From the NCBI GenBank assembly GCA_965644315.1, contig CBFFRQ010000069.1:1116001-1180000 (forward strand): DNA of 64,000 nucleotides, given 5' to 3'. This DNA is from Caecitellus pseudoparvulus (lineage: Eukaryota > Protista > Bigyra: Bicosoecida). The translations under genes and the position numbers were made by a program. The notes under the pieces were generated by a model. The model worked only from the letters and a program-made list of their open reading frames with translations. It was not told the origin of the DNA and ran no database searches. Shown here in pieces: positions 55,701-64,000 of the stretch; the stretch's first letter is position 1, and each line of letters starts with the position of its first letter.

Positions 55701-58700
55701 GTGCCCGCTGGTGGGGTTCTCATCGCAGGTCATGACACAACTCACCCATCAACTGAACCGCTGCCGTTGCTAGCGGGGACTCTGTACTACGTCCGTGTAT
55801 TTGCATTCAACAGCGAACGTCGATACGGGGAGCCAGCTTTGTCAGATCCCAAGGCGTTGAAAACTTTCAGTGCGCCAGCTGCGCCGGCTGACGTCCAGGT
55901 GTCTGCTGCGTCAGGCACGAGCCTGCGAGTCACTTGGGCAGAACCCAGCGGCAACGGTGATCCTGTCAGCTCCTATGAGGTCGCGACGTACGAGTACAGC
56001 CCTGAAGCTCCCCATTTTGGTCAATCAGAGGTTCAAAGAGTCACCATTGGGGCGAATGGCAGCGCAGTCCCAGATGGATCCTTCACCTTGTCCTTTGGAT
56101 ACGGGCTGGAGGAGACCCTGCCTGGGACAGTCGCTGTCACTAACGTGCAGATCATCTCAAGTACTGGGATACCAGGGTACACCATCAATGGCACCTTCAG
56201 TGTCGCTTTCTCTTCAGTGGCATGCCTTGATTGCGCAGACCGCAGTGTGCAGTCGACGTCAGAGTTGCCCTTCAACGCTGACGCTGCCCAGCTTGAGTCT
56301 GCACTGGAAATGCTGAAGAACCTGGGAGATGTTGCAGTTTCTCGAGTCAGCAGAGATTCAACCTTGCACGGCGTCGGCGCATTCTCCTGGATGATCACCT
56401 TCAGCGCTGATGCCTTCACCTCCGCCACCAGTCCACTCCCAACGCTTGAAGTCACCAGCAGCTTAGGAAGCCCTGGAGCTACTTTTGAGCCCGTGCAGCA
56501 CTTCACAGATGTTGAAACTACACATGACTTGACCCCATATGTCTCCAGATGCGACCGCATCAACATTGGATCCTTCAAGTTTACAGTACATGCTAACGAG
56601 GCGCTTCCTTACACCGCGCGCCACCTGCCACTGGCGGATCCTTCGGACTGCAGCCGCGACAAGCAGTACCCTCGCACAACAATTGAGCAAGTCAAGGCAA
56701 GCATTAGGCCTAGAACTGTGCAGCTCTCACCGTCCAGCTCGGCTGGACACGTCGAAGCTGCTTTGGAAGCGCTGTACAGTGTTGGCGATGTTGCTGTTTC
56801 GCGAACTCTCGCAAATGACAGCGCTTCTGTCCATTTTGACGTGACCTTTTCATCCATGACAAATCCAAACGAGGGGACCATTGGAGAGCATGCTCTGCGT
56901 GACGTTCTACCGCTCCTCCAACTCAACGCACGAGGTATCAGAGGCAGTGGCAATGCGAGCACGTGCACAGTTGAACGCAGAGTCGAGGGGAGAACTCCCA
57001 AGAACTATCGAAGGATGCTTGTTCATCACAACAGCGACTCATTAGTGCAGAGCGCGATTGTTTCCGGTCTTGTGCAAGGCACACCATACTTCGTTTCGGT
57101 CAAGGCTTTCAACAAAGCGGGGCATGGCGCACTGGCGCAACCCTCGCCGCCATCAGCTATTCCTCAGGCCGCGCCTGAGACTGTGGAGGGTGTGCGCCTC
57201 CTTCATAATGATAAATCTTCCGTTCTTGTAGAGTTTGACGAAGTCAAGGAGGACGGTGGATCTGAAGTCCGCGAGTACTTTGTTGAGTGGGACACATCTC
57301 AGACGTTCAACAATGCTGGGTCAGGGTACGGCTTCACCACCACTGTGCTCTCACATGCTCGCCAGCGAGTTACAACTCAATCTCCAGTCGCTCCTATCAC
57401 GGGATCCTTTTCTCTCGCTACTGGAACCTTTGATGGTGCACTGCAAGTGCCTGTAGCAGGAGGGAACATTCGATTCACTCTGACTCCAGGCTCGACGACG
57501 ATCACAGTGTCGCACGGAGGTCCAGATCTTCGTCGTTTTGTAGTACCAGGCGAAGGGATTCGAGTGAACAACGTGGACTACTCCGTCCACGCTTCCATCC
57601 CCATCACCAGTGTGAGCATCCCGCTTGCTGAGCCTGGTGATGCCACGAAGTCTGCCCCATACGCAGGCCCATACCTTGAGGGGCAGCCGGTATTCACCGC
57701 CACGACACGTGTTGGCGCGGTGATAGCAACGAGTGGTTTCGACTCTATACAGACAGTATTCCAGACGGGTTCTGGGAATGAAGCTTATGATGCGTCAGAA
57801 ACTCTGAGCAGAGGTGACCTGATTCGTATTGGCAACCACGGAAGCCAGGTGCAGTACAGGGTGCGCGGAGTGAGGCCGGGTTTTGTAGACCTAGCCCCTG
57901 TGCAGGATACAGGTGCCACCCAAGCAGCCTCCTTTGACAACGACGGGATGAACATGGTTAACGTCCCGATGTACGCCATGGAGAAGACGGTGCCATTGAT
58001 AGCAAACTCTTCATGTGATTCCATTGAAGCTGCCCTGGAGGCTCTCCCAAGCATCCCTGCGGTATCATGTCGGCGGTCCATCATGCAGAATGGCTTCTCC
58101 TGGGATGTGTCAATTGAGGGGGTGTCTAGTTTCTCTAGTTTCGTGCCTAATGAGCTAGACTTGCTGGGAGGTGGCTTGACGGGCGTCGCGCAGGTCAATC
58201 GCGTCTCGATTGGAAAGCATGTCATCGTCGGCTTAGACTCCTCGAAAAGGATCCATGCTCGAGTGTCAGCAGTGAACAATAAGGGCAGGGGTGTCCCTGC
58301 TGTGTCAGCCCCCACCGCTATCATGCCCAGGGACACGGTGCCATCTGAACCCCTGCGGGTGTTGGCCAGGCCAGCATCTGACTCCGAGGTACGAGTAGAA
58401 TGGGACGAGCCTGTATCTGATGGAGGGCAGCAGATCACGAAGTATGAAGTTGAGTGGGACAGAGCAGCTTCCTTTGACTCTGGTGCAAGTGGTCGTCCGT
58501 TGGGGTCCACGTTTGTCCCCGCAAAGGATGCGGCTGGCGCCCCAGACACTCACGTGCTCAGAGTGTCCTGTGACGACGACAGCTTGGGCGGCACCTTCAG
58601 CATTGTGTTGCTCGGGGTTCGCAGTCGACAGCTTCCCCATGACGTTACCTCTCAAGATCTTCAAGAAGCAGTTGCAGAGCTGCCGCTCGTCAGAAGCGTC

Positions 58701-61700
58701 ACTGTTCACCGGAACATTGCCGTTAATGGCTTTGCGTGGAAGCTGTCGATCTCTATCCGGCACACTGAGCAAGACCTTGGCGGAGTGCTGAGCGTGGATG
58801 GGACCGGCTTAACTGGCCTAAACCCAACTGCTGCTCTTGACGCTTTGCACGAAGTGCAGATGTTGCGCTGTGAAGGCGGGGTGGCGGGCGGGATCCGCTT
58901 GTCATTCCGCGGGAACGGAGTAGAAGTCAGCCATTCAGCCACGCCGCACGCCTTGGCAACTGCCCTGCAGACGCTACCACTCCTAGGCAACGTCAAAGTC
59001 ACATCTGCGTTTTCCTCCATATGTGGGGCCCAGGTCAGGCGCACGAGTATCACTTTCATGCAGCAGCAAGGCGATGTGCCCCTCCTCGGCTCTGACACAG
59101 CCGGTGTCAGCCTTGAAGAGGCCCGGAAGGGGCAGCTCCAGTACTCACCAGGACGAAGCCCCTTCGGGTTGACTGTCTCTGGGCTGAATGATACGGAGAG
59201 GTATTACTTTAGGGTTGCGTCGTACAACATCCTAGGCCACGGCAAATTCTCGCTTGCCAAAGCAAGGTGGCATGAGCAGCCAAGCACAGCCCATTCACCT
59301 GCAACTACCTGGCCCGACGCTCCCCGCGGGGCCTTGTTCACACAGGTTGACAGCTCAAGAGCAAACTTGACTGTCCGCCTCCCCCCCTTGACAAGTGGGG
59401 GTGGAGGAATCGCCGCGTACGTCCTCTCTTTGGATCCACAACCGACTTTCACGAGCGCCGCAGATTGTGGGAGCCGTACAGAAAAGCAACTCATCCAAGT
59501 GTCCATGTCTTCACCTCCATCAGGACAAGTTGATCAATTGAAGCTGGAGTTCGCGTTCCATGGATATGTTGTAGAAACCCAGTGCCTCAGCCTGAGCTTG
59601 GACACTTGGACAGGATTCGAGACTGCCCTGGAAAACGAGTTGGCGTCCACGAACCCTTTCGTCACGGTCGATGTAACCATCGTCGGCGATTCTTCTGCAG
59701 AAACGGAGTACGGGAGGTCCATTGTGCTGGAGTTCGCTGAGCACTCCTTGCCATTTGCTGACATTCCTCAAGCACGTGTGGTGACCTGCTCAGGCTCTTT
59801 TTCGGCAAGCTACGTCAGCTCCACCATCCAAGATGGTCGTGGAGACGGTACCAATTCCGTGGGGTCGTGTGAGGCGCAGTTTCTGGCTCCCATCAAGCAA
59901 GAAATCTTCTCAGGCAACTCCTTCGTGGTATCTGGACTTGTTCCTGGCGTCCCGATGTTTGGCAAGCTGCATGCAGTAAACAGTGCGGGGTTGCAAGGAC
60001 CTGCGTTCTACCTGTCGGACCCGTTGGTCTTGAAAGCCCCTCCCTTGCCTCCGGCAGGTGCGGAGGTCACCCCACTCTCGGAACACAGCCTCTTTGTGGA
60101 CGTCACGCCATCCTTGGGGAGCACTAGCTTGGGAAATGAGGGCAGCACCATTCATTCCTACACTGTATTTGCAGCCGGTGCTTCGATCGAGGAGGCCGAG
60201 GTGCAGCACGTAACCGTGGATGTCGATGCTGACACGCTCAGTGCTGGTGAACTGCGCCTTGTAGCCGACGGCTACTACACTGAGTGCCTTCCACTTCCGC
60301 TATCAGGATCAGACGTCGAAGTTGAATTAGCCCTTCTCCCAATGATTAAGCGTGTAGCAGTCGTGGACCAAGCGAACGGCACCCTGCATGTGGAGGTCAC
60401 AGAGAGCGGTGACGTTCCACAGTTGGGCTTCTCAACTGCCGGTTGCCAGCCTGTGTCACCGCCAGGCAGTCTGCAAGGAAAGGAAGTCGTGACAATCAAC
60501 AACGGGTACTCACTACCAAAGCCAACCATCTTACGTGTAGCGACGGAGAGCAGCTTTCCGATCGCCGGAAACGTGAACGTGTTGGGCGGCTTTCATGGAA
60601 CCCTCGATGAACAAGTTTGCCCAGCATGTGCATCTCTTGACCTTGGGGAGGATCCCAGGTTTGTCCTGTTGACGGGATTCCCCCTTGCAATCGCTGAACT
60701 GGCAGTAGGCCAGCGGGTGAGAGTGGATGGCGTGGAGCACACCATCGCGTCCTTGACTGTTCATGAGCAAGGCATCCGTCTATCCACTGCCCAACCCCAC
60801 CCACGCAGTTTCTTTGGAGAGCCACTCTTTGTAGACGAGACTTACGTGGGGATCGGGCGTTTGAACGAAACTGACTCTACGATGCTCCAAACACGTCGCG
60901 ACCTGTCCAGCCGCCTGCGTGGCCCGGGAGCGACCATCAAAGTCGGTGACCATGTTCACACAGTCATGTCCGTTTCAGGGCATGTGGTGATGGTTGCGGA
61001 GCCCATTCTGGGTCAGCGGTCGGCAAACATTCCTTTGTTTGTTCGGGATGAAGTTCAGATTCCCTTCGACGCGACTGAGCAAGTAATCGTTGCTCACATG
61101 GCTCAGCTTGCTGGTGCTGGGCGCGTCAATGTCCAAACCTGGGGCCCTGGGGCCAATGGAGCGATGGTGTGGGAATTGGAAATGCGGAGCACGAGGCCTG
61201 GAGACGCTGTTTCTCCACAGTTGCAAGTGTCTGCTGTGGACGCTGCTGGCGTGGTGACGCTTGAAGCTCCTGCAGGAAGTGGTAATGCCGCTGGCCTTGT
61301 CAGCTGGACCCAGCAGGGGGGAACATGGGGCGAAATTCGACCATCTTCGTCCCTCGCAACAACTCGAAGCGCTGTTGAGGTTCAACGAGTGTCGGTCTTG
61401 ACGCGAGGGTCACTGCCTGCCAGCATGCAGTTTGCTCTGATTGACTGGGACACACCTGCGAACGAGGTGCAGATTGACATCGACTCATCCCCGGAACATG
61501 TGCAGAGCCTACTGCATGAGCACCTTCGAGTGCTTGGCCGAGTGTCAGTGAGCTCTGAGCCACTGCCAGCCGGATTCAATGGGGCGGTGTGGCAAGTGAC
61601 ATTTTCGTCCAACCAAGCGTCGCTGCCCCTCCTCGGCCTCGGTCCGATTCAGTGCCCAGAGGAGGCGGCCCATGTGACATGCCCAGTTGCATCTGACATG

Positions 61701-64000
61701 TCTGAGTTCACTGTGAATAAGGTTCACGTTGGTGCGGCTGCCGGGACGCGGGCCACTTTGTCTGGCTTGTCACAGGGAGAGAGTGCGATTGTTTTCGTCT
61801 CAGCACAATCCTCTGCTGGCACTTCGTCTACGACACTCACCAAGAGCGGCTCGGGCAACGTATTGGCATTGTGGACTGACGTTGGGGAGCAGCCCCCAAG
61901 CGTCAAGAACGTGCAGGTCCGCAGCGTCAGTGCTACTGAAGCAGAGGTGGCGTTCGATGGTGTTGGAGAGGAATTCGACGCTTCGACCTACATTTTGGAG
62001 GTTTCGACAACGGACGGGGTGGAAGAAGTGCAGAGTATCACCGTTGCACACCCAGATGGGGTCTCAGGGACCTTTCAGCTCAAGTTGGCGTCAGAAGTAA
62101 CGGTCCCCCTGCGCCACAATGCCAGTGAGGTTGAAGTAGCTGCAGCCTTGAAGCAGATGAAGGCCATCAGTCGAGCAACCGTGCATCGGCAAAGTCTGGA
62201 CTCAAACCTTGACGGTGCAGTCGACGGGTACAAGTGGATCCTTCGCATGAGGAGCAGTGATGTCCATCAGACGCCCGATCTTCCCGACCTTGTCGTTGTC
62301 AGCAGCTTATCTCCAGCATCAGCGGGAATCAACTCGTGCCCCTCCCAGTGTGTGGATGGCTCGCCACCAGCAGACTACGCAGCTTTGCGGCTGTCGTCAA
62401 GGTCCTCAAATCAGCGCCATGAATGTGCCGCCTTTGCCGATGGACTTTTCTCAGGACCTTGCATGGCAGGAGAAAGCACGGTGTTTACTATCATGTCGTC
62501 AGTCGCTGACGATGATAGAAGCTCGTACGGTGGCTCATTTGTGCTCTCCTACGGCGGAAAAGAAACACGGCTCCTCTCAGCCACTGCCTCCGCAGCAGAC
62601 GTCCAAGCCCAGCTTGCAGACGTGATAGGCACTGACTTTTCCGTTGAAGTCGATCGTTACGAGTACACGCAGACTGGAGCGCCAGAGGTACACCAACAGC
62701 AGTGGGGGATCAAGTGGCACGCGAGGATCACGCCTTCCGGAGCCATTGATGTTGAGGACCTCTCTGTGTTGACCCACTCATTCACTGGTGAAGATGCTGC
62801 AATTGCTGTGTTCAGGAGCATCTTTGTTGAGACATCAACCGCCCGGGGTCCGCTCAATGGCGCGTTCGTGGTCCGTGCACAGCACGAACAAACAGCCCCC
62901 CTGTCTGTTGATGCATCGGCTGAAGCAGTACAAGAAGAAGTGGAGGCGCTGCTGGGTGTCGGAAAGGTCCATGTTGATCGCACTTTAAGCTATCGAGCAA
63001 GTGGGGCACGCGTGGTTGGCAGGCCAGGCGATGGCTTTGTCCGCAGTTCGATGGATGTCTCTTCAAGCGCCTTCCCTGTAAGTCAGGGCTCTCGTTTACT
63101 CATAGCAGGCGATGAATTCTCAGTCTGCCATGATGGTGTTGCAGCGGTGAATCTGGATGCACAGGCAATTCCTCTGTGTGAAGCAGCCAATCCGAACGTG
63201 CAGGCGACGTTCTCGGGCCCAGGAAGCGCCCCACTAGACTTGCTGGTCCACGCAAACGGGTACCAGTGGTGCATCACCCTCATGGTCAGTGTGCACAATG
63301 TGCAGGATTTCTTTGCCATCCCAGGGCCTGGGTTCGCTGGAGTCGGCTCTGTTCTCCGAACTTCAACAGGAGCTGGCCTCCGCCCGTTCACTGTGCACGT
63401 TGGACAGCCTAGCCCAGTGCACACAATCGTGCTGAAGGACCCATTCTTCAACACAGCTACATCTGTAAGCTATCCAGATGTCGGGTTCCGCTTGGAGTTC
63501 GACGGAAGGCAGACAGAGTGCCTGAGGTGGCACAGTGACGACGGGGAAGCGCTGTCAAGCAAGCTGACAGCCGCCATCCAAGACGTTGGCGGAGAACCAC
63601 ACGTGCAAGCTCATGCAGTCAAGCGAGGCTCCGGTCTTGAACCTGACTTTTTTGGCTACACTATCACCGTCTCATACTCCGGAGCTGCAGAGAGTCTAGT
63701 CAGCATCCCCCAGCTATCCGTCACAACTGCAGGGTGCACAGATCCCGCGTACCCTGGAACTGTGCTTGCCGACGAAGCAGTCCTGCACTCAAGGTCCCTC
63801 CCATGGCGCGAGACGTTCTTGTCCCTGGAGCCGGGCCGGGAGTACCAAGTAAGGGTGTCTGCTGAGAACTCCTTCGGCATTGGTGAACCGTCGGACGCTG
63901 TCCACTTCACGACGCCAAACTTGGCCCAGACCCCTGGAGCAGTGCAGGCTGTAAACCTTGTAGATCTTCACACTGGGGACGGGGTGGAGGTCTTCTTTAA
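31747..64000 (+). CDS. Giant secreted/surface multidomain protein (>10,700 aa, 3'-truncated): leader, 5 FN3, ~9 filamin-type Ig domains with 3 PA14 inserts, >=19 FN3, dozens of inserted EVQ-type modules
   Basis: Exon 1 31747-31945 (hydrophobic leader LLMALLAIVHTAA; alternative ATG 31789). Phase-1 intron 31946-32037 (GTATGC..TGCGCAG). Exon 2 begins GPGAPATVDL..PPEDDGGASVTAFKVEWDT. The frame (codon starts divisible by 3) is open after TGA 32001. Hand translation at many points and at the end (..PGAVQAVNLVDLHTGDGVEVFF) stays in that frame, and the ORF track lists no + ORF in it, consistent with no stop. Confidence 0.93.
32038..38065 (+). other. FN3 block 1 (5 FN3 domains, 4 of them split by inserted modules)
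   Basis: N-halves such as PPEDDGGASVTAFKVEWD pair with C-halves YFVRVSAATAAGYG (~33970), YYVRVAT (~35740), YRFRVLAMNSVG (~36055), YQLTARVRNAVG (~37005), YAFKVVPLNAAG (~37990). Confidence 0.85.
40074..40481 (+). other. PA14 domain 1 (inserted in a filamin domain)
   Basis: GGLQASYYDNQW..RTDPVIDFNWG..DYVSARWHGKI..GDEGFRLYFDHELVIDRW..LKVEFRE..IRLQW..IPPTALY. Confidence 0.85.
43839..44306 (+). other. PA14 domain 2 (inserted in a filamin domain), intact DD motif
   Basis: GGLLATYF..RVDSAVDFDWG..DFFSVRWSG..ADDGARLIINGKAIIDQF..IQLEVKE..KLEWS..VPSSHLF. Confidence 0.88.
47220..47657 (+). other. PA14 domain 3 (inserted in a filamin domain)
   Basis: GGLLGEYFSNRW..RVDSHVNFFW..DFVSIRWTGFI..VNDGLKLWIGDEVVIDAF..QIEYRE..RLYWQS..VPPAHLY. 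Confidence 0.85.
47706..64000 (+). other. FN3 block 2 (~19 complete FN3 domains plus the start of another; many split by inserts)
   Basis: Repeated DGG..I..Y.VEWDT N-halves and Y.VRV.A.N..G.G C-halves, e.g. ~48385, 49977, 50985, 55785, 57087, 59202, 63844. Confidence 0.85.

Noticed and set aside
32287-63971. The many short ORFs the track reports on both strands (e.g. 42287..43375, 49943..51214), and the impression that this half is non-coding or pseudogenic
   Set aside because: They are off-frame or antisense shadows of the single giant + strand frame, and none has recognisable motifs.
31747-64000. Calling the giant protein titin or filamin
   Set aside because: The signal-peptide-like leader, PA14 domains and sequons point to an extracellular protein. 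No I-set Ig, PEVK, kinase or actin-binding CH domain is seen in the window.
1-64000. Transposons, endogenous viral elements, RNA genes, non-standard genetic code
   Set aside because: No transposase/RT/integrase/capsid motifs, terminal repeats or rRNA/tRNA-like segments recognised. All genes translate with the standard code once the short introns are removed.

Overview
Gene-dense, GC-rich eukaryotic genomic DNA with short GT-AG introns and the standard code; a heterotrophic stramenopile-type protist is my weak guess. There are seven protein-coding genes, and two giant surface proteins fill about 80% of the window. (1) 2..18805 (+, 5'-truncated, >=6267 aa): Calx-beta-like domain, ~3500 aa of GCC2/GCC3 (ephrin-receptor-like) Cys repeats, RRL cleavage motifs, one TM helix and a ~2250-aa coiled-coil tail. 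(2) 31747..>64000 (+): a gene absent from the ORF track because its frame stays open from 32004 to the window end (>10,700 aa). It encodes a signal-peptide-like leader, 5 FN3, ~9 filamin-type Ig domains carrying 3 PA14 domains, and >=19 more FN3. Its striking feature is recursive 'matryoshka' domain insertion up to four levels deep, with bracket-like pairing of clustered EVQ strands to strand-less modules. Between the giants lie USE1 (+), a SAP-domain INCENP (-), a coiled-coil protein with a 21 x 63-bp coding minisatellite (-), a SEC14/GOLD protein (-) and EMC1 (+). I found no RNA genes, mobile elements or CRISPR arrays. All domain calls come from manual motif recognition, not database searches.
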